In this document: positions 56,012 to 64,000 of the stretch, in pieces
How positions within the stretch are numbered: the stretch's first letter is position 1
Layout of the letters: every line of letters begins with the position of its first letter
From: Bacillales bacterium UBA1737
GTDB lineage: Bacteria; Bacillota_I; Bacilli_A; ML615J-28; CAG-313
Direction: 5' to 3'
DNA: 64,000 nucleotides
Assembly (NCBI GenBank): GCA_002315915.1
Contig: DCIB01000009.1
Location: 47,529-111,528, forward strand
Made by a program: the position numbers and the translations under genes
Notes under the pieces: generated by a model
Seen by the model: only the letters and a program-made list of their open reading frames with translations
What the model was told of the DNA's origin: nothing
Database searches by the model: none

Positions 56012-56847
56012 TGAAAAAAGAATTAACTTATATACAAAATGTAGAACGTAGTATTATTACAACATATAGAAAAGAACTATGGGCTAAATTTGTAAAAGCT
56101 ATAGATGATTATAAATTATTAAAAGAAAATGATTCAATATGTGTATGTATTAGTGGTGGCAAAGATTCTTTTATAATGGCTAAATTATTTCAAGAATTAA
56201 AAAGACATTCAGATATTAATTTTGATTTAAAATTTTTAGTCATGAATCCTGGATATAATAAAGAAAATCTTGATTTAATAAAACATAATTTAGATATATT
56301 AGAAATACCTGCTATTATCAAAGAATCTAATATCTTTGAAGTAGCTAATTCACAAGATAAAAATCCTTGTTATTTATGTGCAAGAATGAGAAGAGGTTAT
56401 TTATATAGTCTTGCTAAAGAATTAGGATGTAATAAAATAGCTATAGGTCATCACTATGATGATGTAATAGAAACAACACTTATGAATATGTTAAATAGTG
56501 GATCTATTCAAACAATGTTACCAAAACTTCATTCTACTAATTATGAAGGAATGGAATTAATTAGACCAATGTATTTAATAAGAGAAAAAAATATTATAAA
56601 TTGGACTAAACATAATAATTTAAAATTTATTCAATGTGCTTGTAAGTTTACAGAAAGTGCACAATTAAAAATAGTATCATCAAAACGAAAAGAAACAAAA
56701 AAACTAATTCAAGATTTAATATCTTATAATAAATTTGTAGAACAAAATATTTTTACATCAGTAGAAAATGTAAATATGGATATGATATTAGGTTATAGAA
56801 AAGATGGAATTGATTATTCTTTCTTAGATGATTATGATAAGGAGTAA
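56011..56847 (+). CDS. TtcA/TilS-type PP-loop ATPase (tRNA 2-thiocytidine biosynthesis TtcA-like)
   Basis: PP-loop SGGKDS, Cys motifs CYLCARMRR and CAC. The ATG overlaps the copA stop. Confidence 0.6.
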   Translation: MKKELTYIQNVERSIITTYRKELWAKFVKAIDDYKLLKENDSICVCISGGKDSFIMAKLFQELKRHSDINFDLKFLVMNPGYNKENLDLIKHNLDILEIPAIIKESNIFEVANSQDKNPCYLCARMRRGYLYSLAKELGCNKIAIGHHYDDVIETTLMNMLNSGSIQTMLPKLHSTNYEGMELIRPMYLIREKNIINWTKHNNLKFIQCACKFTESAQLKIVSSKRKETKKLIQDLISYNKFVEQNIFTSVENVNMDMILGYRKDGIDYSFLDDYDKE

Positions 56848-56850
56848 GAT

Positions 56851-57594
56851 ATGTATAAATTTAATGCAGAAGATGCTGTTAATAAAACAGTTGAATGGAT
56901 AAAAAACTTTTTTTTAGAAAATGGTAAAGATTGTAATGCAGTAATAGGCATATCTGGAGGAAAAGATTCTTCAATTGTGGCTGCACTTTTAGTTAGAGCG
57001 CTTGGTAAAGATAGAGTATTAGGCGTATTAATGCCCAATGGTAATCAAATGGATATTGATTATGCATACGGAATATGTGCTTTTTTAGATATTGATTTTG
57101 TAAAAATTAATATCAAAAAAAGTTATGATGCATTAATGAAAGAAATATCAGATAATGTAGAACTTACTTCACAAGCAAAAATTAATCTTGCTCCCCGTCT
57201 TAGAATGTCTACATTATATGCAGTTAGTCAATGTCATAATGGAAGAGTTGCAAATACTTGTAATTTATCCGAAGATTATGTAGGCTATTCAACTAGATAT
57301 GGTGATTCTGTTGGAGATTTTAGTCCTATATCTTGCTTTACAGTAACTGAAGTAAAACAAATGGCAAAAATTTTAGGTATACCAGAAATATATTATGAAA
57401 AAGCCCCATCTGATGGATTAACTAATAAAACAGATGAAGATAATCTTGGATTTACATACGAAGAATTAGATAAATATATAAGAGAAGGAATTGAACCTTC
57501 TAAAGAAAAGAAAGAAAGAATTGATCATTTACATAAGATAAATTTATTTAAATTATCTTATATGCCATGTCAAAAATATGAGGTTGAAAAATAA
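56851..57594 (+). CDS. nadE: NH3-dependent NAD+ synthetase
   Basis: SGGKDSS PP-loop and NadE-like length and sequence (247 aa). Confidence 0.75.
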   Translation: MYKFNAEDAVNKTVEWIKNFFLENGKDCNAVIGISGGKDSSIVAALLVRALGKDRVLGVLMPNGNQMDIDYAYGICAFLDIDFVKINIKKSYDALMKEISDNVELTSQAKINLAPRLRMSTLYAVSQCHNGRVANTCNLSEDYVGYSTRYGDSVGDFSPISCFTVTEVKQMAKILGIPEIYYEKAPSDGLTNKTDEDNLGFTYEELDKYIREGIEPSKEKKERIDHLHKINLFKLSYMPCQKYEVEK

Positions 57595-57595
57595 T

Positions 57596-58483
57596 ATGGA
57601 AGAAAATAAAAATTGTTCAGGCGATTGCTCTAATTGTCAAGAAGAATGTAATGAAAAACATGAATGTTCAGGCGATTGTTCAAGTTGCGGATCTAGTTGT
57701 TCTGGATCATGTCATCATTCTAAAGAAGACTTTTTAAAACCACAAAATAAAGATTCTAACATTAAGAATGTTATTGCTATTACATCAGGTAAAGGTGGAG
57801 TAGGTAAATCTATGACTACTGCAATGCTTGCAGTAGAACTATCTAATAAAGGATATAAAGTTGGTATATTAGATGCGGATATTACTGGACCATCTATTCC
57901 TAAATTATTTGGTATAAAGGGTATGCTTCAAGCAACAGAATCTTCTATTATTCCTGCAATATCACATAATGGAATAAAAATTGTATCATCAAATCTACTA
58001 TTAGAAAATGAAACAGATCCAATTATTTGGAGAGGCCCAGTAATTGCTGGATTAGTTGAACAATTTTGGACAGATGTAGCATGGGGTGATATTGATTATT
58101 TATTAGTAGATATGCCTCCAGGAACAGGAGATGTGCCATTAACAATATTCCAAAGTTTACCAGTAAACGGAACAATAATAGTTACTACTCCACAAGATTT
58201 AGTTTCTATGATAGTTGAAAAAGCTATTAATATGGCTTTAAGAATGGAAATTAAAGTATATGGAATAGTTGAAAATATGTCATATTTTATTTGTCCATCA
58301 TGTGATGATAAACATTATTTATTTGGAAAATCAAATATAGAAAGTATTGCAGTAAATCATAATATTGATATAGTATGTGAAGTTCCTATTAATCCAATTC
58401 TTCCATCATTATCCGATGAAGGATTATTTGATTCTTATAATGAAGAATATTTATCAAAATTGGTTAATAAAATTATTAATTAA
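57596..58483 (+). CDS. Mrp/ApbC/NBP35-family Fe-S cluster carrier ATPase with an unusual N-terminal Cys-rich tandem motif (CSGDCSxCxxxC x2)
   Basis: Walker A SGKGGVGKS and CPSCDDKHY CxxC. The N-terminus CSGDCSNCQEECNEKHECSGDCSSCGSSCSGSCHH carries 9 Cys. The DNA repeat tgttcaggcgattg appears at 57614 and 57665. Confidence 0.75.
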   Translation: MEENKNCSGDCSNCQEECNEKHECSGDCSSCGSSCSGSCHHSKEDFLKPQNKDSNIKNVIAITSGKGGVGKSMTTAMLAVELSNKGYKVGILDADITGPSIPKLFGIKGMLQATESSIIPAISHNGIKIVSSNLLLENETDPIIWRGPVIAGLVEQFWTDVAWGDIDYLLVDMPPGTGDVPLTIFQSLPVNGTIIVTTPQDLVSMIVEKAINMALRMEIKVYGIVENMSYFICPSCDDKHYLFGKSNIESIAVNHNIDIVCEVPINPILPSLSDEGLFDSYNEEYLSKLVNKIIN

Positions 58484-58599
58484 TAAAAATATCTAGTTTA
58501 CTAGATATTTTTTAATTATGAAAAATTTGTATTGAATTTTATAAATGAAAATGCTATAATAAATTTAATCATTATTTTTAAATAAAAAGGAGTTTGTGT

Positions 58600-59736
58600 A
58601 TGATAAAAATCGATGTTATATCAGGATTTTTAGGAGCTGGCAAAACAACTCTTATTAAAAAACTATTTGAATCTAAATTTCATAATGAAAAAATAGTTTT
58701 AATTGAAAATGAATTTGGAGAAATCGGTATTGATGGATCTTTCTTAAAAGAATCTGGAGTATCTATTAAAGAAATAAATTCAGGATGCATTTGTTGTAGT
58801 TTAGTAGGTGATTTTTCTAAATCAATGAAAGAAGTAGTAGATAGATTTAATCCAGATAGAATAATTGTAGAACCATCTGGTGTTGGAAAACTATCTGATA
58901 TAGTAAATGCTGTAAAGAAAGTTGATTTACCATTTGAAATAAATATTTTAGCAACAGTAGTTGATGGCCCTAAAGTAAAAGTATATTTAAAGAACTTTGG
59001 AGAATTCTTTTTAAATCAAGTGGATTCAGCTGATACTATTATTATTAATAAAATAGATAAAATGGATGAAGATAAATTATTAGAAGTTGTAAACTTAGTA
59101 AAAGAGAAAAATCCTCATGCAGCAATCATTACTACTCCTATTTCTTTAATTGACCCTGTTAAATTGTTAGAAATATTAGAAAAAAATGTATCATTAAAAG
59201 ATGAATTATTAAATGAATTAACTGATGATGAAGATGAAGATGAATGCTGTTGTCATCACCATCACCATGAAGAAGATGATGATGACGATGATGATGAGTG
59301 CTGCCATCACCACCATGATGAAGATGATGACGATGAAGATAAATGCTGCTGCCATCACCATCACCATGATGAAGATGATGACGATCATGATGAATGTTGC
59401 TGTCATCATCATGATGAAGAACATCACCACCACCATTACCATGGACATGATGCAGATGAAATATTTGAAAGTATCGGTATTGAAACTGCTAAAAGCATTT
59501 CTAAAAAAGAATTAGAAAACTTCTTAAATGCACTTGCTACAGATGAATCACTTGGTATTATTGTTCGTAGTAAGGGAATTTTAAAAGCTAGTGATCAAAA
59601 TGATTGGTATTATTTTGATTTTGTATCGGGTGATTTTGAAATAAGAAATGGTGCGCCTGATTATACTGGACGTTTATGTGTAATTGGTTCAAAAATGAAT
59701 CAAGATAAAATTAAATCTTTATTTGAAAGGAATTAG
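58600..59736 (+). CDS. COG0523 (CobW/YciC/ZigA-type) G3E metallochaperone GTPase with a ~75-aa insertion of four (D/E)7-CCCHHHHH repeats
   Basis: Walker A GFLGAGKTT, metal-binding GCICC, EPSGVG, NKID. The insertion is DDEDEDECCCHHHHHEEDDDDDDDECCHHHHDEDDDDEDKCCCHHHHHDEDDDDHDECCCHHHDEEHHHHHYHGHD, encoded at 59224-59452. Confidence 0.8.
   Translation: MIKIDVISGFLGAGKTTLIKKLFESKFHNEKIVLIENEFGEIGIDGSFLKESGVSIKEINSGCICCSLVGDFSKSMKEVVDRFNPDRIIVEPSGVGKLSDIVNAVKKVDLPFEINILATVVDGPKVKVYLKNFGEFFLNQVDSADTIIINKIDKMDEDKLLEVVNLVKEKNPHAAIITTPISLIDPVKLLEILEKNVSLKDELLNELTDDEDEDECCCHHHHHEEDDDDDDDECCHHHHDEDDDDEDKCCCHHHHHDEDDDDHDECCCHHHDEEHHHHHYHGHDADEIFESIGIETAKSISKKELENFLNALATDESLGIIVRSKGILKASDQNDWYYFDFVSGDFEIRNGAPDYTGRLCVIGSKMNQDKIKSLFERN
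59224..59452 (+). repeat. In-frame tandem coding repeat (~54-57 bp x4: gat/gaa-rich, then tgc tgt tgt cat cac cat cac cat) encoding the Asp/Glu-Cys3-His5 units
   Basis: Read directly from the DNA. The spurious ORFs 59218-59448(-) and 59225-59515(+) are off-frame artefacts of this repeat. Confidence 0.8.
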
Positions 59737-59742
59737 TAAATA

Positions 59743-60678
59743 ATGGCATATCCTGTATTTTTAATAAATGGTTTTTTAGATTCTGGTAAAACAACTTTTA
59801 TTATTGATACACTTAGAAACGATGGATTTGCTAAACAAGGTGGAAGATCATTATTAATAGTATTTGAAGAAGGTGAAGTTGAATATGATCAAAATGAACT
59901 TTTTAAATTAAAAACTCAAGTAGCTTATTTTAATGAACCATCTGAATTTACACCTGATGTGGCATATGAACTAGTTGAAAGCTTTAAACCAGATCGTATT
60001 ATTATCGAAGATAATGCAATGTGGGATAAAGAACTAGTTAAATTACCAAAGAGTTTTGAAGTGCAACAAATAGTTTCATTCATAGATTTTTCATCATTTG
60101 CGGTATACTATAACAATATGCGTCAGAAATTTGTAGATAACTTACGTTTTTCAAATGTAGTTATTATCAATAGATGTGATAATGTAGAAGAACTTGCTAA
60201 ATATCAAACATCATTAAAAATGATTAATAATAATGCTCAATGGGTAGCAATGAATTCCAAAGCAGAAGTTCAACCTGCTTTTGAAGAACCACTTCCATAT
60301 GATATTGATGCACCTATTATTACTATCAAAGATAATGATTTTGCAAGATGGTATATAGATACATTTGATAATAAAGATCGTTATGAAGGAAAAAAAGTTT
60401 GTTTTACTGGTACAGTAATAAAGTCATTAAAACTTCCAAAAGATTCATTTATTGTTGGAAGACATGCAATGACTTGTTGTTCAAATGATATACAGTTTTA
60501 TGGACATCTAGCAACAAATTCATTAGGTATTAAACTTAAAAATAAATCATGGATAAGATTAACAGCAACAATGCATTATGAATATTCTAAAGAATATGAA
60601 GAAGATGAATTAGTTTTAACTCCTTTATCAATAGATGTTGTTGATCCTTTAGATGATCCGATATTAAATTTGACTTAG
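59743..60678 (+). CDS. Second, degenerate COG0523-family paralog: Walker A intact, no CxCC motif, NKxD replaced by NRCD
   Basis: INGFLDSGKTT; EDNAMWD replaces EPSGV; VIINRCDN; C-terminal CobW_C-like region with MTCCSND. Confidence 0.6.
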   Translation: MAYPVFLINGFLDSGKTTFIIDTLRNDGFAKQGGRSLLIVFEEGEVEYDQNELFKLKTQVAYFNEPSEFTPDVAYELVESFKPDRIIIEDNAMWDKELVKLPKSFEVQQIVSFIDFSSFAVYYNNMRQKFVDNLRFSNVVIINRCDNVEELAKYQTSLKMINNNAQWVAMNSKAEVQPAFEEPLPYDIDAPIITIKDNDFARWYIDTFDNKDRYEGKKVCFTGTVIKSLKLPKDSFIVGRHAMTCCSNDIQFYGHLATNSLGIKLKNKSWIRLTATMHYEYSKEYEEDELVLTPLSIDVVDPLDDPILNLT

Positions 60679-60683
60679 TTATA

Positions 60684-60722
60684 AAAGCTTTAACTGTATT
60701 TAACAGTTAAAGCTTTTATTTT
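60684..60722 (+). terminator. Rho-independent terminator (AAAAGCTTTAACTGT-attt-AACAGTTAAAGCTTTT)
   Basis: Perfect 15-bp inverted repeat plus T-run. Confidence 0.6.
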
Positions 60723-60795
60723 GATAGTTAAAAATAACAATATTTTAAGAAATATGTTATAATATATTGAAATAATAATTTAAGAGGTTAATTTT

Positions 60796-62154
60796 ATGGT
60801 TAAAGTAGAAAAATTATCAGAAAATCGTGTTAAGTTAGTAGTAACTGTATCTTCTGAAGAATTTGATAAAGCATTAGATCAAGCTTTTGAAAAAGTAGTA
60901 AAAGAAGTAAAAGTAGATGGATTCCGTCCTGGTAAACTTCCAAAGAAAATGTTTATTGAACGTTTTGGATATGAAGCATTATATAGTGATGCAGTTGAAT
61001 TTGCTTTCCAAGCAACTTATCCTTTAGCATTATCTGAAGCAAAAGTTTATCCTGTTGCCGATCCTAAAGTAGATTTAGAAAAGGATACAAAGATTGAAAA
61101 AGGTTCTTCATTCAATTATATTGTTGAAGTAGATGTATGGCCTGAAGTTCATCTTGGTGAATATAAAGGATTAAAAGTTAAAAAAGATACTGTTAAAGTT
61201 ACAAAATCTGATATTGATGAACAAATTAATACAACTTTAAAATCTAAAGCTGAAAATGTTGTTAAAGAAGATGCAGCTGTTATGGGTGATACAGTAGTAA
61301 TTGATTTTGAAGGATTCTTAGATGGTGTACCATTTGAAGGTGGCAAAGGAGAAAATCATCCATTAGAACTTGGTTCTAATTCATTTATACCTGGTTTTGA
61401 AGATCAATTAGTAGGCGTTAAATCTGAAGAAGATCGTGAAGTAAAAGTAACATTCCCAGAAAATTATCAAGCTGAAAATTTAGCTGGTAAAGAAGCTATC
61501 TTTAAATGTCACGTTCATGAAGTAAAAACAAAAGTTGTTCCTGAATTAAATGATGAATTCGTTGCAGAACTTGATTTAAAAGGTGTTAAAACTGTTGATG
61601 AATATAAAGAATATGTTAAAAAGGATTTAACAGATTCTAAAACTAAAGAAGCAGAAAATAAATTTGAATCTGAATTATTAGAAGAAGTTTGCAAAAACTC
61701 TTTTGCAGATTTTCCTGCAAGTTTAATTAATAATGCAGTTGAACGTCAAGTTAAAGGGTTAGAAGATCAAGCAAAACAATATGGTATTCCATCAGAAGTA
61801 TTACTTCAATATTACGGAGTAGCTTCACTTGATGATTACAAGAAAACTGTTGAAGAAAATATTCGTAAACAATATTTACAAGAACTTGTATTTGATAAGA
61901 TAATTGAAATGGAAAAGATTAAATCAACAGATAAAGAAGTTGAAGCAAAATATCTTGAAATTGCATCAGGTGATGCATCACGTATTGCTCAATTAAAGAA
62001 ACAATATGCTCCATCTCAAATTGAATATCAAGTAAAAGTTGAAAAAGTTATTAAATTATTAAAAGATAATATTGCTTCAACTAAAAAATCTACTGATGAT
62101 GCTCCAGCTGAAGAAGCACCAAAAGCAAAGAAAACTACTAAAAAAGCAGAATAA
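60796..62154 (+). CDS. tig: Trigger factor
   Basis: 452 aa. N-terminal ribosome-binding signature GFRPGKLP and FKBP-type PPIase middle domain (VIDFEGFLDGVPFEGGKGENH). Confidence 0.85.
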   Translation: MVKVEKLSENRVKLVVTVSSEEFDKALDQAFEKVVKEVKVDGFRPGKLPKKMFIERFGYEALYSDAVEFAFQATYPLALSEAKVYPVADPKVDLEKDTKIEKGSSFNYIVEVDVWPEVHLGEYKGLKVKKDTVKVTKSDIDEQINTTLKSKAENVVKEDAAVMGDTVVIDFEGFLDGVPFEGGKGENHPLELGSNSFIPGFEDQLVGVKSEEDREVKVTFPENYQAENLAGKEAIFKCHVHEVKTKVVPELNDEFVAELDLKGVKTVDEYKEYVKKDLTDSKTKEAENKFESELLEEVCKNSFADFPASLINNAVERQVKGLEDQAKQYGIPSEVLLQYYGVASLDDYKKTVEENIRKQYLQELVFDKIIEMEKIKSTDKEVEAKYLEIASGDASRIAQLKKQYAPSQIEYQVKVEKVIKLLKDNIASTKKSTDDAPAEEAPKAKKTTKKAE

Positions 62155-62219
62155 TAATAAACATGGCATTGTTATACAATGCCATTTATTTACAAATGTA
62201 AAATTATAAGGAGGTAATT

Positions 62220-64000
62220 ATGACATTTAATACTGAAAACCCAGTTCAAATTAAATTACCATTTATTGGTATTTATGATATGATTCTTTTACCATGTAGT
62301 GATGTTAGAATTGATTTTACTCGTCAAGCTGAAATTAAAGCATTAAAACTTGCAGAAGATTATCAATCTTATGTAGTTTTATCAACTGAATGTATTGATG
62401 ATATTGTTCATGAACATTTAGATGGATTCTATAGAAGAGGAGTTCTAGCTAAAATAATATTATCAACATCTCCTAATTCATCTTTATCTAGAGTTAAATT
62501 TGATATTATTATGCGTTGCGATATATTAGAACTTAATACTGAAGCTGATTGTACTATGGCATTAGTTGAAACAGTTCCTTCAATTACAACAAATATTGAA
62601 GAATCTACTCCAATAAAGTCTTTAATAAAAAAAGAATTAGAAGAATCTAAAAATAAAAATACAGAAGATCAAGTAATATATCAAAAAATTAGTATGTTAT
62701 TATCTAGAGATTTATCTGATGATATATTAAGTGATTCTATTGCGTCATTAATAGCTGTTGATGCTAAATCTAGAAGTAATTATTTATTTGAATTAGATAC
62801 TAATAAACGATTATTAAATGTATTAACAGATCTTCGTAAACATAAGTTTTATGATGAATTAGAAGCAAAGATAGATAATGATGTTCGTAAAAATATGAAC
62901 GAACAACAAAAAGAATATTTCTTAAGAGAAAAAATGCGTGCTATTCAAGAAGAACTTGGTGATAAAGCATTAAAAGATGCTGATATTGAAAAATTAAGAA
63001 AGAAAATTAAAGAATCATCTCTTCCTAAAAGTGTAGAAGAAAAGTGCTTAAATGAATTATCTCGATATCAAATAACACCTTCATCTTCTCCAGAAGCTGG
63101 TATCATTAAAACATATTTAGATTTTGTATTAAGTCTACCTTGGTCACTTTCTAGTGAAGATTCAAATGATTTAAATGTAGCAAAAGAAATATTAGATGAA
63201 GATCATTATGGATTAGATAAAGTAAAAGATAGAATTATTGAATATTTAGCTGTAAGAGTTATGTCTCATAAGAATCCTCAATCAATTCTATGTTTAGTAG
63301 GTCCACCAGGTGTTGGTAAAACATCTCTTGCAATGAGTGTTGCAAGAGCATTAAATAAGAAGTTTGTTAAACAATCTTTAGGTGGTGTAGCTGATGAATC
63401 TGAAATAAGAGGTCATAGAAGAACATATATTGGTGCTTTACCTGGTAGAATTATGCAATCTCTATCTAAAGCTAAAACTAATAATCCAGTATTTTTACTT
63501 GATGAAATAGATAAATTATCATCTGATTATAAAGGTGATCCAACATCAGCTATGTTAGAAGTATTAGATCCAGAACAAAATAAAACATTTTCTGATCATT
63601 ATCTAGAAGAACCATTTGATTTATCAAATGTATTCTTTATTGCAACAGCTAACTATTTAGGCAATATTCCAGCACCCCTTCGTGATAGATTAGAAATAAT
63701 TGAATTATCTAGTTATACAGAACATGAAAAATTTGAAATTGCTCATCGTCATTTGATTGATAAACAATTAAAACAAAATGGCTTAGATAAAGATTTATTT
63801 TCTATAACTGATGAAGCTATATATTTAATAATTAGAAACTATACACGTGAAGCAGGTGTCAGAGAAGTTGAAAGATTAATTGGATCATTAATTAGAAAAG
63901 TAATGCGTGATATATTAGTTAAAAAAATATCTAAAGCAGAAATTTCTAAAGATAATATTCAAGATTATTTAGGAAAATTTAAATTTGAAAATAATGAAGC
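62220..64000 (+). CDS. lon: Lon protease (ATP-dependent protease La), 5' portion; continues beyond the window end
   Basis: Lon N-domain then AAA+ core with Walker A LVGPPGVGKTSL (near 63300) and Walker B FLLDEIDK. Confidence 0.85.
   Translation, partial: MTFNTENPVQIKLPFIGIYDMILLPCSDVRIDFTRQAEIKALKLAEDYQSYVVLSTECIDDIVHEHLDGFYRRGVLAKIILSTSPNSSLSRVKFDIIMRCDILELNTEADCTMALVETVPSITTNIEESTPIKSLIKKELEESKNKNTEDQVIYQKISMLLSRDLSDDILSDSIASLIAVDAKSRSNYLFELDTNKRLLNVLTDLRKHKFYDELEAKIDNDVRKNMNEQQKEYFLREKMRAIQEELGDKALKDADIEKLRKKIKESSLPKSVEEKCLNELSRYQITPSSSPEAGIIKTYLDFVLSLPWSLSSEDSNDLNVAKEILDEDHYGLDKVKDRIIEYLAVRVMSHKNPQSILCLVGPPGVGKTSLAMSVARALNKKFVKQSLGGVADESEIRGHRRTYIGALPGRIMQSLSKAKTNNPVFLLDEIDKLSSDYKGDPTSAMLEVLDPEQNKTFSDHYLEEPFDLSNVFFIATANYLGNIPAPLRDRLEIIELSSYTEHEKFEIAHRHLIDKQLKQNGLDKDLFSITDEAIYLIIRNYTREAGVREVERLIGSLIRKVMRDILVKKISKAEISKDNIQDYLGKFKFENNE

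Noticed and set aside
58487-58512. The palindrome AATATCTAGTTTACTAGATATT after mrp considered as a regulatory operator such as a Zur box
   Set aside because: It is followed directly by a T6 run and lies at the 3' end of mrp, so it behaves as an intrinsic terminator. It does not match the Firmicute Zur consensus.
59218-59515. ORFs 59218-59448(-) and 59225-59515(+), translated as Met/Ile/Val/Thr-rich peptides
   Set aside because: Frame artefacts of the in-frame GAT/GAA/TGC/CAT tandem repeat inside the COG0523 gene.

Overview
The window is a 64 kb chromosomal segment with very low GC content (roughly 27–30% by eye). Coding is dense and mostly on the + strand, and nearly every gene ends in an obvious rho-independent terminator hairpin. 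Long ORFs are intact under the standard code, so TGA is a stop codon here. The gene content looks like an anaerobic, gut-type Firmicute, possibly of the Erysipelotrichia/Mollicutes-related lineage. This placement is an inference from three things: an N-domain-less ClpB, tandem CIRCE operators, and tig lying directly next to lon. The main blocks run in this order.

- **~1–4.5 kb:** a degenerate defence-like patch with a type III restriction Res-like helicase-nuclease that lacks its Walker A region and has no Mod partner, plus zinc-ribbon proteins, one of them fused to a Vsr/DUF559-like endonuclease domain.
- **4.7–9.9 kb:** a 1734-aa secreted multidomain surface protein with LRR, PMP-type beta-helix repeats, an internal Hint/intein-like domain, Listeria-Bacteroides repeats and a C-terminal TM anchor.
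- **10–12.7 kb:** a PepS aminopeptidase, followed by a translationally coupled pair of unknown function with an HGS/GFY ART-like protein.
- **12.8–17.6 kb:** a trimeric NADH-linked [FeFe]-hydrogenase operon (NuoE-like, NuoF-like, HydA) preceded by a Rex-like operator.
- **17.6–22.5 kb:** a GH31 glycosidase behind a tandem 41-bp inverted-repeat array, then clpB on the minus strand under two CIRCE boxes.
- **24–36 kb:** a transporter, sulfatase, kinase, acetyltransferase and amidohydrolase patch.
- **37–47.7 kb:** PAP2, asnA, an aminotransferase–aldolase–FGGY-kinase–GtrA cassette, an rRNA methyltransferase, a two-component system and a pepP-like gene.
- **48.6–53.6 kb:** a MarR regulator, two ABC exporters and a methyltransferase.
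- **53.6–60.7 kb:** a metal-handling cluster of copA, ttcA-like, nadE, a Cys-rich Mrp/ApbC and two COG0523 GTPases, one carrying a remarkable (D/E)n-CCCHHHHH ×4 insertion.
- **60.8–64 kb:** tig and the 5' part of lon.

No rRNA, tRNA or CRISPR array was found. I could not identify a complete, clearly novel multi-gene system. The strongest candidates are the Hint-containing surface protein, the ART-like pair and the metallochaperone cluster, and they are listed in the findings.
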